Positions 26,571-36,755 of a stretch of 64,000 nucleotides of DNA are shown in pieces. The position numbers were made by a program, and so were the translations under genes. The DNA is from a virus. The stretch spans positions 1-64,000 of IMG/VR virus record IMGVR_UViG_3300022842_000007; one strand, written 5' to 3'. The notes under the pieces were generated by a model. It saw nothing but the letters and a program-made list of their open reading frames with translations. It did not search any database and was not told the DNA's origin. The first letter of the stretch is position 1; each line of letters opens with the position of its first letter.

Positions 26571-28133
26571 ATGAGTAAATTACATCAAAATACTGCTGAA
26601 GAGTTAGTAAAAACACCCTATAAAGACACGCATTTCAAAGACCAAAAACAACTTGAAGATTTTGTAAAATGCTGTGATCCTGATGATGGCTATGTATACT
26701 TTATGGATAACTTCTTCCATATACAGCATCCGACTCAGGGTGGTATTCAGTATCAGGCATATGAATACCAAAGACGTTTAATCGATGTATATCATAATTA
26801 TCGTTATTCTATTGCATTGATGCCTAGACAGTCAGGTAAGTCTACCTCAGCCGCAGGTTACTTGCTCTGGTATGGAATGTTTATATCAGATGCTACGATT
26901 CTTATTGCGGCTCACAAGTACACAGGTTCACAAGAGATTATGCAACGCATAAGGTATGCATATGAAGCATGTCCTATGCATATTAAGGCAGGAGTTACCA
27001 CTTACAACAAAGGGTCAATAGACTTCGAGAACGGCTCTCGCATCGTATCAGCAACGACTACTGAGAACACAGGTCGTGGTATGTCTATCACACTTCTATA
27101 CTTAGATGAGTTTGCGTTCGTTAGAAACACAATTGCGGAGCAGTTCTGGACTTCTATTACCCCAACACTAGCAACAGGTGGTAAAGCAATCATTACATCT
27201 ACTCCGAATTCGGACGAAGATCAGTTTGCGTTGATTTGGAAACAAGCTAATAAAAATATCAATGCTCAAGGCGACGAAACTGAACTAGGTGTTAATGGTT
27301 TCAAACCGTTTAGATCATACTGGAATGAGCAACCTGGACGTGACGAAAAATGGGCAGACGAACTTCGCGCAATGATTGGGGAGGACAGATTTAACCGTGA
27401 GATAGGATGTGAATTCTTAATCTCAGACGAAACACTTATTAATCCTAATTCCTTGTTTGTGATGGAAGGGGTTGACCCTATCCATCGTATGGGACAGATA
27501 CGTTGGTTCCAACAACCTAAGAAAGACATGATATATGTAATTGGCTTAGATCCTTCACTGGGTACTGGTGGTGATCCAGCAGCCATTGAAATCTTTGAAG
27601 CAAACACCACGACACAGATAGGAGAATGGAAGGATAACAAGACCGATATCCCCAGTCAAATTAAATTGCTGGCACAGATTACTTCTCACATTGCAGAGAA
27701 AACGGAACAACCCAATAACATCTATTATTCAATAGAGAACAACTCTATTGGTGAGGCATCACTTGTTTCACTCAATGAATTCGGGGAATCTAACATTCCA
27801 GGTGTTATGATGAGTGAGAGAGGAAAAAAACGCAAAGGATATACTACAACAAACAAATCTAAACTTCCGGCGTGTGCTAAATTCAAGACATTGATAGAAA
27901 GTAAGAAGATGACAATAAAAAGCAGTGCCTTAATTAGTGAATTAAAAACATTTGTTGCATCTGGTGGCAGTTATGCCGCTAAAATAGGAGACAACGATGA
28001 TTTAATAATGGCTACGTTGCTGGTCGTTCGAATATTGCAAGACATAACAGACTATCACGGCGATTTGAGCGAGCATATGCGCGACCATGATGAAATAATT
28101 ATGCCTTTGCCTTTCTTTGCAGTGATTCACTAA
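26571..28133 (+). CDS. Terminase large subunit (T4 gp17-like)
   Basis: PRQSGKST Walker A, LYLDEFAF Walker B, ITSTPN, GLDPS and DDL nuclease motifs. Confidence 0.95.
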   Translation: MSKLHQNTAEELVKTPYKDTHFKDQKQLEDFVKCCDPDDGYVYFMDNFFHIQHPTQGGIQYQAYEYQRRLIDVYHNYRYSIALMPRQSGKSTSAAGYLLWYGMFISDATILIAAHKYTGSQEIMQRIRYAYEACPMHIKAGVTTYNKGSIDFENGSRIVSATTTENTGRGMSITLLYLDEFAFVRNTIAEQFWTSITPTLATGGKAIITSTPNSDEDQFALIWKQANKNINAQGDETELGVNGFKPFRSYWNEQPGRDEKWADELRAMIGEDRFNREIGCEFLISDETLINPNSLFVMEGVDPIHRMGQIRWFQQPKKDMIYVIGLDPSLGTGGDPAAIEIFEANTTTQIGEWKDNKTDIPSQIKLLAQITSHIAEKTEQPNNIYYSIENNSIGEASLVSLNEFGESNIPGVMMSERGKKRKGYTTTNKSKLPACAKFKTLIESKKMTIKSSALISELKTFVASGGSYAAKIGDNDDLIMATLLVVRILQDITDYHGDLSEHMRDHDEIIMPLPFFAVIH

Positions 28134-28150
28134 AAGAGATAAATAGTATT

Positions 28151-31072
28151 ATGGCCATAGATCAAGAAACATACAATACACGACTTTTCAAAAACTTAGA
28201 TGTGCGAGGTTATAAGCCAGTACCTAAGGATGCAAATAATGAGAGAACCAATCCACAACTTGCAGAAATAATAGAGTTTCAATTCATTAAAGACGGTGAA
28301 AACTACGGCAAATGCTGGGCAACCATCGACAAAGCATCACAATTAAAAATATACTACGATACTAAGGTCTCGGAAAGTCCTCCAGGCCAAACAAAAGGAG
28401 TAGAATACGATGACTCCTGGTATGGCTTAATAAAACACCTAAAAAAATGGGCAATGGATAAACAATTATCATTCGATTTGATAGACAATCCAAAACAGAT
28501 AAACGGTGACATGAAGCAAAGGGAACATTATAAAATGAAAGAAAAAACAAATGAAGCGTATCATGCAGTCAACAAAACAACTTCGTACAACGACAACATA
28601 CCAAATGTAAAAGTTGTTATACAGCATGATAGAGCAGTACAAGAAGGCGAACAACGTTGGAGAAATGTACAGAAAATCTTCGTAGAAAATACAGAAGGTG
28701 AAAGATTTGCGGTCCCTACTAGAATGCCTGGCATTGCACGAGTCTATGGTAGACACGTAGCAGAAGGCGGAACACCTTATGATGAACGTGGTAAGCACAT
28801 CACTGCATTAGTAGAAGAATACACTAAAATGGCGGGATTTGTCCGCGCCACTCGGAAAGGACAATTTAATGAATCAGTTGCGAAACTGATAGCAGAAGGC
28901 ATCAACCATCACAAATCATTAAAAGAATCATTGCAAAGAATGCAAAGTCATAGAGGTTACAATCATTACTTCGAGTCTTGGACTCCACCATTAATGGAAG
29001 ATGAGAGTGATTCATCCAGCATCGCAGAGATGTTTGCACAAGACACAATTGATCCACGAATTGAAAGTGTTTTACCTATTCTAAACAGATTAAACAGTGG
29101 CATCATTAATGAAATTGAAGAAGTCAATGAGTTAGATCAGTGGGCTAAAGGAATCACGGAGATTACCGAAGCGCAAGAAGAGCGTCCATACATTTGCGTA
29201 CATGCGCGAAAAGGCAGACACGAATGTCATGCGTCATCTTCATACGAAGCCGTTAAGAAAGCCGCGGATCATTGGAAATTAAAGTCAACGGCAGGCATTG
29301 ATGCTTATCTAGCAGATGTTACTCATAGTACAGCGTCACTTGAAGAAGATTCTGGTTGTGCATGTGGATGTGGACCAAAAGACAAATGCACATGTGATGC
29401 GAGTTGCACTAAATGCGACTGTGCGAAAGACGACCTGAAAGAAGGGGCAATGTCTGAAATTCACATAGATGCTCAAGAAATGAGCAAAGAAGAATTTACA
29501 AAGAAACACCCCAAATTTGCCAAAGATTATGATTCAATTAATGCGTCTGCTCGTGATGAGAAAAAACCGACACAGGGTGAACTTGCTTTGCAAGGAGAAC
29601 TTAATTTAAAAGAAGAATCGGTTTCCAAATTTGACGTTAAAGCTTTTGTCGCTAACCTGGAAAAGCAATATTCAGATGATGAAGGCAGTATTAAGCTTCT
29701 TGTTAAACAAAGAGTGTTAGAACTGAAGGCAGAATACCGAAAAAGTAAGCACGGGGACGCCAACACAGCAAAGAAAATACGGTTTCTTGAGCAATACCTA
29801 CAACGTGAAGGGTATGCTCAAGTAGGTACTGCCGCAACGGCAGCCGAGAGAGAAATGAAGAAGCAGATTGGTACATTTGGTAGAGGGAAGATAGACCCCT
29901 CAGGAGCTGATAATATGGATAGCAAAATTTCAATAGGTAAAGCATTAAGTGGGATTATAGGCATGGCCGCAGAGAGTCTTAACGAGTTCCAAGAAGAAGA
30001 CTTCGATGATGATCGTGAAGATGCACCCAAAAAATACAAACCTATATTAGTTGATATGGAAGGTAATGAAGTAGATTTGCCGTATCATACCAAAGACTTT
30101 AGAGGAGATCCTCTTACAGTAATAGGCTTCGAAGCACCTAGACACACAGCATCATCAGGAAGAATCTATACAGACACTGATAGAAGTTTTTTCCCAAGTG
30201 TAGCAAAATTAAAAATTATAAATCACGAATTTGATGACAATTTAGATGAGGCCGGCATGCCTTCGTCTGTTATTAAAAACAAACAGAGATTGGCTAGTAT
30301 GTCAGATATTGAATTAGCAAAACTTCTCGGTAGCAAATCAAGTGAAGAACTAAAACAAATGGCATGGAGACACGGCTACAAAATGAAGTCTAATTACTAT
30401 ATAGACAGAGTTGCCAGGGGTTCTAAAGTAGATGAATCTGGTACGAAAACAGGTGCGCATGGTTATACTGTCCACACTGACGGTGCCCCATTAAGTTTTG
30501 CAGACTGGTGTAGCGAAAACAAGAGCGAAGATGCAGTATCGACAGATAATCGCAGTAAGGACGAACTAGAAGCATCATATAAAGAATACCGGAATGCAGT
30601 ATCCTCTGCTCGCATGCAAGAGGACAATGAATTGTCTGAGATTAGAAAGTTGTCGGGCCATACCAAAGAAGCTAGTGTTGATGAAACGAGCGCAGGTGGC
30701 ATGGACTTTGCTGGACATTTTAAAACAGGACCAGCTGGTCAGTGGAAGAATACAGGCAAGACTAAAGGTAAGCCTGCTAAAGTAGGTGACTTGGTTGGTG
30801 CAGAAGAAAGTGCAGATCCCTTGAAAGAAGACGAGATAGAATATGGAGAAGGTGATCTTGTAATCCTCAGAGGACAATCATACTACTTGCATATTGATGG
30901 AAACGGTACTATATGGGCTGAGGATGATGACGGCGGAAGCTATGAGTTTATCCCAGGCACTGAACAACACCATGATCCTGCAGGTGAGAAAGAAGAAGAG
31001 ATCGATGATATTGATTTCGATCTAAACGAAGCAAATGACTTGCTCAATATTATCAAAAACATCAGAATATGA
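28151..31072 (+). CDS. Large acidic head-associated protein, apparent modular polyprotein
   Basis: Follows terminase; many [ILV]-x-E sites separate short unrelated segments; TAAATA 5 nt before ATG. Confidence 0.65.
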   Translation: MAIDQETYNTRLFKNLDVRGYKPVPKDANNERTNPQLAEIIEFQFIKDGENYGKCWATIDKASQLKIYYDTKVSESPPGQTKGVEYDDSWYGLIKHLKKWAMDKQLSFDLIDNPKQINGDMKQREHYKMKEKTNEAYHAVNKTTSYNDNIPNVKVVIQHDRAVQEGEQRWRNVQKIFVENTEGERFAVPTRMPGIARVYGRHVAEGGTPYDERGKHITALVEEYTKMAGFVRATRKGQFNESVAKLIAEGINHHKSLKESLQRMQSHRGYNHYFESWTPPLMEDESDSSSIAEMFAQDTIDPRIESVLPILNRLNSGIINEIEEVNELDQWAKGITEITEAQEERPYICVHARKGRHECHASSSYEAVKKAADHWKLKSTAGIDAYLADVTHSTASLEEDSGCACGCGPKDKCTCDASCTKCDCAKDDLKEGAMSEIHIDAQEMSKEEFTKKHPKFAKDYDSINASARDEKKPTQGELALQGELNLKEESVSKFDVKAFVANLEKQYSDDEGSIKLLVKQRVLELKAEYRKSKHGDANTAKKIRFLEQYLQREGYAQVGTAATAAEREMKKQIGTFGRGKIDPSGADNMDSKISIGKALSGIIGMAAESLNEFQEEDFDDDREDAPKKYKPILVDMEGNEVDLPYHTKDFRGDPLTVIGFEAPRHTASSGRIYTDTDRSFFPSVAKLKIINHEFDDNLDEAGMPSSVIKNKQRLASMSDIELAKLLGSKSSEELKQMAWRHGYKMKSNYYIDRVARGSKVDESGTKTGAHGYTVHTDGAPLSFADWCSENKSEDAVSTDNRSKDELEASYKEYRNAVSSARMQEDNELSEIRKLSGHTKEASVDETSAGGMDFAGHFKTGPAGQWKNTGKTKGKPAKVGDLVGAEESADPLKEDEIEYGEGDLVILRGQSYYLHIDGNGTIWAEDDDGGSYEFIPGTEQHHDPAGEKEEEIDDIDFDLNEANDLLNIIKNIRI

Positions 31073-31281
31073 AATTTATATTTTCCATTCTGATAGCATT
31101 TAGTTTAACTAATTGTGCTACTATCCCCAAAGGCGATACGGCCTTTACAGAAATGGCTGGGAGACCAGTCAATATTCGTCTAATAGGACAGAAAGAAATG
31201 TGTGAACGTGAGCCAGAATCACTATTATGCGATGTCGAAGACGATGAGATAGACAACACAACCGAGAGCGACAACTTATGA
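31069..31281 (+). CDS. Small lipoprotein
   Basis: MKFIFSILIAFSLTN-C lipobox-type signal. Confidence 0.65.
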   Translation: MKFIFSILIAFSLTNCATIPKGDTAFTEMAGRPVNIRLIGQKEMCEREPESLLCDVEDDEIDNTTESDNL

Positions 31282-31622
31282 GCGTAAACTATAGAGAATT
31301 AGCAGTGTTATTAGATTCACCTAAAGGAACAGGCAAGACCACTAGTATGGTTAACCAAGCCAAAGAGATAGGGGCGACAGTAATCGTCACTAATCCGCAC
31401 ATGCATTTAGGTCTCGGAAAGGCACACCAAATCGATACAGTAGGACTAAAACAATTACATACACTACATGGACTTAGAAAACCTTTATTAATCGATCACC
31501 ATGCAATCAGTACGGTACTACTTGAAATGCAAAACGAGATCGACCGATTAACCTTTATAACCAATTCCAGCTGGTTGAGACGATTCTTTTCTTGGTTTGT
31601 CGTAAAACCAGCCAACGTTTAA
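31278..31622 (+). CDS. Short P-loop-like protein
   Basis: SPKGTGKTT and LLIDH; only 114 aa. Confidence 0.55.
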   Translation: MSVNYRELAVLLDSPKGTGKTTSMVNQAKEIGATVIVTNPHMHLGLGKAHQIDTVGLKQLHTLHGLRKPLLIDHHAISTVLLEMQNEIDRLTFITNSSWLRRFFSWFVVKPANV

Positions 31623-31625
31623 CCA

Positions 31626-32036
31626 ATGAGTAAAGAAATAGCAATCAAAGTCCACAAACTAGTCGAAAGTAAATTCACCTATATTCACGATGATAAGCAA
31701 TACATGCAGGCCGAACATTGGACGAGTCATGCTAAAGAAGTATTGGCTGGCAACGACTTTAAAGATGATTGTGACGGATTTGCTAACACTTGCGCAGAAC
31801 TATTAATCAGAGAAGGCATCGATAGAAAAAAGGTGTCTATTGCATATTGCGTAACTGAAACAGGCGAAGATCATCTAGTATGTGGTGTCGTGATTGACGG
31901 CAAGACTTATATATTAGAAAACAGATTCAGTGAGATATACGATTGGAAAGACAAGACAAAGTATGATTTTAAATACTATATGAAGATGGACGATCCAGGC
32001 CAATGGTTTGAATTACCAACCAACCAACCTTATTAA
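31626..32036 (+). CDS. Transglutaminase-like cysteine proteinase (BTLCP / peptidase C93, LapG-like)
   Basis: DDCDGFA (cf. DCEDYA), GEDHLV, YILENR. Confidence 0.75.
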   Translation: MSKEIAIKVHKLVESKFTYIHDDKQYMQAEHWTSHAKEVLAGNDFKDDCDGFANTCAELLIREGIDRKKVSIAYCVTETGEDHLVCGVVIDGKTYILENRFSEIYDWKDKTKYDFKYYMKMDDPGQWFELPTNQPY

Positions 32037-32063
32037 AAAATAATTAAACGGGTAAATTCGGGA

Positions 32064-32101
32064 TAAATACATATTGACACAGGTAGCTATTAGTGTATAA
32101 T
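32064..32101 (+). promoter_or_regulatory. Tandem late (TAAATA) and sigma70 (TTGACA-N16-TATAAT) promoters for the SSB gene
   Basis: TAAATA 32064-32069; TTGACA 32074-32079; TATAAT 32096-32101. Confidence 0.75.
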
Positions 32102-32211
32102 AGTTAAATGTGTTAGATACTGTTTTGAATAAAACTACACAAGTGAGACTTCGGTCTTACGACTACTAAACGAAAGCTAAAATTAAAGCATATTACAAAG
32201 GAGAAACAAGT

Positions 32212-33243
32212 ATGGCAAGTCTAGCTGACATCCGTGCCCGTCTGGCGGAACAAGAAACAAACACTAATACCCCTAAATCTGACGGGGCGATATATCCACA
32301 TTGGAATATAGACGTAGGTGCATTAGCAACTGTGCGCTTCCTACCCGATGGCGATCCAGAGAACGCATTCTTTTGGATCGAACGTCAAATCATCAAACTA
32401 CCATTTAATGGTATAAAAGGTGATACAAACTCAAAACACACCACTGTGCAAGTTCCTTGCGTAGAAATGTTTGGAGACAACTGTCCTATACTCGCAGAAG
32501 TTCGTCCTTGGTACAAAGACGAAACATTAAAAGCTATGGCAGGGAAATATTGGAAGAAACGTACTTACATCTTCCAAGGGTTTGTACGTCAAAATCCGAT
32601 CGGAGAGGACGAGACTCCTGCGAACCCAATTCGTAGATTCATTGTTGCACCACAAATCTTTGCTGGTATCAAAGCATCATTAATGGATACTGAGATTGAA
32701 GAAATGCCAACTGATTCACTGCGTGGTCTTGATTTTAATATCAGAAAGACGCAGAAAGGTGAGTATGCTGATTATGCAACTTCGTCTTGGTCTCGTAAAG
32801 AGACTGCATTGACTGAAGCAGAACAAGCGGCTGTCGATGCGCATGGTCTATGGGATCTAAAAGAATTCTTACCCAAGAAGCCAAGTGAGTCAGAGTTACG
32901 TGTTATCAAAGAAATGTTTGAAGCATCAGTTGATGGTCTTCCATATGATCTTGAGAAGTGGGGAGCATACTATCGTCCATATGGTATGCAACTACCAGAT
33001 CAGGCCTCAAAATCTGATTCTGCGGCACCAGCAGATCCTGCAACACCTGCAACACCTGCAACACCAGCAGATCCTGCACCACTACCAGAGGCGGCTATAC
33101 CACAAGCCGCATCACAGGCACCAGCTGAACCTGAGGCAAATATTCAAACCCCAAGTGCTGAACCTGTTAAAGATCCAGGTACTTCAAGTGATAAAGCACA
33201 AGACATTCTAGCAATGATTCGTGCAAGACAACGTACTGATTAA
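32212..33243 (+). CDS. Single-stranded DNA-binding protein (T4 gp32-like)
   Basis: VRFLPD, CVEMFGDNCPI, FNIRKTQKGEYADY, Pro/Ala-rich tail; precedes UvsX. Confidence 0.85.
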   Translation: MASLADIRARLAEQETNTNTPKSDGAIYPHWNIDVGALATVRFLPDGDPENAFFWIERQIIKLPFNGIKGDTNSKHTTVQVPCVEMFGDNCPILAEVRPWYKDETLKAMAGKYWKKRTYIFQGFVRQNPIGEDETPANPIRRFIVAPQIFAGIKASLMDTEIEEMPTDSLRGLDFNIRKTQKGEYADYATSSWSRKETALTEAEQAAVDAHGLWDLKEFLPKKPSESELRVIKEMFEASVDGLPYDLEKWGAYYRPYGMQLPDQASKSDSAAPADPATPATPATPADPAPLPEAAIPQAASQAPAEPEANIQTPSAEPVKDPGTSSDKAQDILAMIRARQRTD

Positions 33244-33253
33244 TATGGTTATC

Positions 33254-33278
33254 GGGGGAAGGCAACTTCCCCCATTTT
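33254..33278 (+). terminator. Intrinsic terminator
   Basis: GGGGGAAG-GCAA-CTTCCCCC-ATTTT. Confidence 0.75.
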
Positions 33279-33292
33279 GCAGGAGAAAAACA

Positions 33293-33517
33293 ATGACCTT
33301 ACCAGAAGAAAGATTCAGGGCTCTCAAACAAGGCAAAAAATTATTAGAAGAATTATGCGACCCAGGCAAGACTCCAAGAGTTCCAAGTCTCGTTAGAGAT
33401 AGGGCCAAAGCCGCACTTAGACATTTTCCTACTGATTTTGATTTAGATGATATTTTACAAAGTTGCCCAGAGTTACTAGATAAACCAACAATTCCAAAAA
33501 AACAATCTAACCGATAG
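33293..33517 (+). CDS. Small conserved hypothetical protein
   Basis: AGGAG SD; MTLPEERFRAL...TPRVPSLVRDRA...LRHFP. Confidence 0.75.
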   Translation: MTLPEERFRALKQGKKLLEELCDPGKTPRVPSLVRDRAKAALRHFPTDFDLDDILQSCPELLDKPTIPKKQSNR

Positions 33518-33526
33518 GAGAATATT

Positions 33527-34609
33527 TTGGCTAAACCATTTGATGTGTCGAAATTTAGGAAAGACATAACAAAGTCCATTGAAGGACTTTCAGTAGGATT
33601 TCATGATCCAACAGACTGGATCAGTACTGGCTCATATGCACTTAATTATTTAATCAGTGGAGACTTTCATAAAGGAGTCCCCTTAGGAAAAGTAACAGTC
33701 TTTGCAGGCGAATCAGGCGCAGGTAAATCATACTTTGCCGCCGGCAACATAGTGAAGTCAGCACAAGATCAAGGTATCTTTGTAGTCTTAATTGACACAG
33801 AGAATGCACTTGATGAGGCTTGGTTACAGGCTTTGCAAGTTGACACTAGCCCAGAAAAGTTAATTAAACTTAGTATGAGTATGATCGACGATGTAGCAAA
33901 AACTATATCAACCTTTATGATAGATTACAAAGCGATGGCAGAAGAGGAACGTCCCAAAGTTCTGTTTGTAATTGATTCACTGGGTATGATGCTAACACCG
34001 ACTGATGTTGCACAGTTTGAAAAAGGTGACATGAAAGGAGATATGGGTCGAAAACCCAAAGCACTTACATCTTTAGTAAGAAACACAGTTAATATGTTCG
34101 GCAGTTACAATGTTGGACTCGTCGCAACCAATCACACATACGCATCACAAGATATGTTTGACCCAGATGACAAGATATCAGGTGGTCAAGGATTTATCTA
34201 CGCATCAAGTATCGTTGTTGCTATGAAAAAGATGAAACTGAAAGAAGATGATGATGGTAACAAGATTTCTGATGTCAGAGGTATTCGTGCAGGATGTAAA
34301 GTAATGAAGACTCGTTATGCAAAACCTTTTGAAGGTGTGCAAGTGAAGATTCCTTACGAGACGGGCATGAACCCACATTCTGGACTTGTAGACTTGTTTG
34401 AAAAAGGAGGCGTGTTAACTAAGCAAGGGAATCGTTTAAAGTACATCACTCAAGATGGCACTGAAATTCTTCAATTTAGAAAGCCTTGGGAAGCTAATGT
34501 AGACGGTTGTTTAGATAAAGTGATGGAAGAATATGCTGAAGTCAAAGAAGCACTAGACAAACAAACTAACGAACAAGCTCAGGAAACTGAAGAAGGGGTA
34601 TTACAGTGA
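33527..34609 (+). CDS. uvsX: RecA-like recombinase
   Basis: GESGAGKS, IDTENA, VIDSLG, NHTY, SGG. Confidence 0.93.
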   Translation: MAKPFDVSKFRKDITKSIEGLSVGFHDPTDWISTGSYALNYLISGDFHKGVPLGKVTVFAGESGAGKSYFAAGNIVKSAQDQGIFVVLIDTENALDEAWLQALQVDTSPEKLIKLSMSMIDDVAKTISTFMIDYKAMAEEERPKVLFVIDSLGMMLTPTDVAQFEKGDMKGDMGRKPKALTSLVRNTVNMFGSYNVGLVATNHTYASQDMFDPDDKISGGQGFIYASSIVVAMKKMKLKEDDDGNKISDVRGIRAGCKVMKTRYAKPFEGVQVKIPYETGMNPHSGLVDLFEKGGVLTKQGNRLKYITQDGTEILQFRKPWEANVDGCLDKVMEEYAEVKEALDKQTNEQAQETEEGVLQ

Positions 34610-34851
34610 ACGTATCAGACTTAGCTGAAGTTTGGACACTAATCAAACCAAGTATTGTAGATGGTGATGTAAATGAAGCATCTGATCTATTGATTAATCA
34701 CTTGATTGATGGTGGACATTCTGCAATTGAACTTAAAAAAGCATTCGGAGATGACGAATCTATCACAGCGGCACTATCATATTTCACAGACGTTGATGTT
34801 GATGATAATGACGATGAGGATGAGGATGACACCGACGATAATTGGGATTAG
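34606..34851 (+). CDS. Small acidic hypothetical protein
   Basis: GTGA overlap; Asp-rich tail. Confidence 0.7.
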   Translation: MNVSDLAEVWTLIKPSIVDGDVNEASDLLINHLIDGGHSAIELKKAFGDDESITAALSYFTDVDVDDNDDEDEDDTDDNWD

Positions 34852-34861
34852 TGAGCATAAA

Positions 34862-35053
34862 ATGAGTAAACCAGATCCTCATAGCTACCTTAACTTAAAC
34901 GTTTATATTAAAGACATGAAAAGTTATGCACAACGGGTAGGTAAGAACCCTAATAAATTTGAACTGTATCGGTACAAAGAGTTAGGGATTTATTCAATAA
35001 CCGATCTGGTAGCACATCGCAAAAACAATCCATGGAGCAAAGTGGACCTATGA
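34862..35053 (+). CDS. Small hypothetical protein
   Basis: Fills the gap; ATGA overlap with the next gene. Confidence 0.55.
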   Translation: MSKPDPHSYLNLNVYIKDMKSYAQRVGKNPNKFELYRYKELGIYSITDLVAHRKNNPWSKVDL

Positions 35054-35508
35054 ATTGGTATACCAGAGTAAGCCATGATCTGTCTGTAATACCAGACTTT
35101 ATTACTCATTATGAAAATGAGTTGATATCGTCTAAGATCGATGTACGAATTACCGGTTCGGTAGAAAAGCAAATCACTGCCTTGCCAGGTGTCACTGAGC
35201 ATCGCTTCAATCAATTACAAGAGGTTGAAGCGATACTCAATTTACTTAACATTAAATTACGCAAGATTCGCAGAACTCACTTTCAAAAGTACTTAGAGAA
35301 GTATCAACGAGCATTGACCTCGCGTGATGCTGAGAAGTATGTAGATGGTGAAGATGAAGTCATTGACTTTGAATACTTGATTAATGAGGTTGCTTTACTA
35401 AGAAACAAATATTTAGGCATAATGAAAGGATTGGACGCTAAACAGTGGCAGATGGGACACATTGTACGTCTCAGGACTGCTGGAATGGAAGATATTAGAG
35501 TAGATTAA
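35050..35508 (+). CDS. uvsY: Recombination mediator (UvsY-like)
   Basis: Helical protein with AEKYVDGE...KGLDAKQWQMGHIVRLRTAG, next to UvsX. Confidence 0.7.
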   Translation: MNWYTRVSHDLSVIPDFITHYENELISSKIDVRITGSVEKQITALPGVTEHRFNQLQEVEAILNLLNIKLRKIRRTHFQKYLEKYQRALTSRDAEKYVDGEDEVIDFEYLINEVALLRNKYLGIMKGLDAKQWQMGHIVRLRTAGMEDIRVD

Positions 35509-35539
35509 GTATTATTTTACAAATTAAAGTGAAAAAGTG

Positions 35540-35569
35540 TTGACAACCTTACCCAAAAGGTGTTAAGAT
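35540..35569 (+). promoter_or_regulatory. sigma70-type promoter
   Basis: TTGACA...TGtTAAGAT with TTACCC in the spacer. Confidence 0.55.
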
Positions 35570-35610
35570 AACATCTTTAAACGCACTGACACTCTAAGGT
35601 AGAAAATAAT

Positions 35611-36663
35611 ATGTCTAAAAATATAGTTGTTAAATTTGGCGAATACAGAAATCAGCCAATTGTTAATCAAGAATTCGTTCTCGTTAAAGGCTTCTCAGAA
35701 GGCAAACGCGGTCCTTATATCACTGTTAGAAACGATGGTCAATTTCCAAATATCAGCACTGCTAATGTTAAAGTAAAACTTAATAACGTTAATGATGTTC
35801 TTTGGAGTGGTGACCCAGTACTAGCAAGTGAATTTATCTCGCAACCTGGTGTTGTAGAAGAAGATTTAATCATAGAATCTGATGATGAGGCTATGGACAG
35901 AATCAGAAGTAGATTCGATATCTTAGATGATATGGCGGCTGCCGCTATCAGTGGAGACATTAGAGCAATGATCGTCTCAGGTCCTCCAGGAGTAGGCAAG
36001 TCATATGGTGTTGAACAGCAAATGATAGGTGCTTCGTTGTTTAGTCAACTGGAAAAAAATGTATTACCTCGATATGAAGTCGTTAAGGGAGCGATGACAG
36101 CATTGGGACTTTACAGAGTTCTTTATAAGTTTTCTGATCCCAAGAACGTCTTGGTGTTTGATGACTGTGATTCGGTATTTACTGATGATCTTGCTCTTAA
36201 CATTCTTAAAGCGGCATTAGATTCAGGTAAGTCTAGGAAGATTTGCTGGAACTCAGATTCAAGTCTATTACGTAAAGAAGACATTCCAAACTCATTCGAG
36301 TTCAAAGGTAGTGCAATCTTTATTACTAACTTGAAGTTCGAGAACATTAAGTCTAAGAAGTTACAAGATCACTTGGATGCTTTGCAATCTAGGTGTCACT
36401 TTCTCGATCTAACTATCGATACTGATCGCGACAAGATGTTGCGTATCAAACAAGTTGACAGAGATTGTGCTGGTGGCCTGTTTAGAGATTACGATTTCGA
36501 AGACGGTGAAGATGAACAGGTACTTCAGTTTATGGAAGATAACGCAGACAGGTTAAGAGAAGTCTCAATGAGAATGGCTCTTAAACTCGCTGACTTGTTT
36601 AAGATCCAGAAGGACAATAACTGGGTCTTGTTAGCTGAATCAACTTGTATGCGTAGAGGTTAA
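35611..36663 (+). CDS. AAA-type P-loop ATPase
   Basis: SGPPGVGKS, LVFDDCD, FITN, ALQSR. Confidence 0.8.
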   Translation: MSKNIVVKFGEYRNQPIVNQEFVLVKGFSEGKRGPYITVRNDGQFPNISTANVKVKLNNVNDVLWSGDPVLASEFISQPGVVEEDLIIESDDEAMDRIRSRFDILDDMAAAAISGDIRAMIVSGPPGVGKSYGVEQQMIGASLFSQLEKNVLPRYEVVKGAMTALGLYRVLYKFSDPKNVLVFDDCDSVFTDDLALNILKAALDSGKSRKICWNSDSSLLRKEDIPNSFEFKGSAIFITNLKFENIKSKKLQDHLDALQSRCHFLDLTIDTDRDKMLRIKQVDRDCAGGLFRDYDFEDGEDEQVLQFMEDNADRLREVSMRMALKLADLFKIQKDNNWVLLAESTCMRRG

Positions 36664-36683
36664 AACTCTGTGTCAGGAGTGTT

Positions 36684-36707
36684 GGCGCCTTTCGGGGCGC
36701 CTTTTTT
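36684..36707 (+). terminator. Intrinsic terminator
   Basis: GGCGCCT-TTCG-GGGCGCC-TTTTTT. Confidence 0.9.
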
Positions 36708-36755
36708 ATTACCAAACAGTTTGGTTTAATAGTTTAAAGGATATATAATATACAC

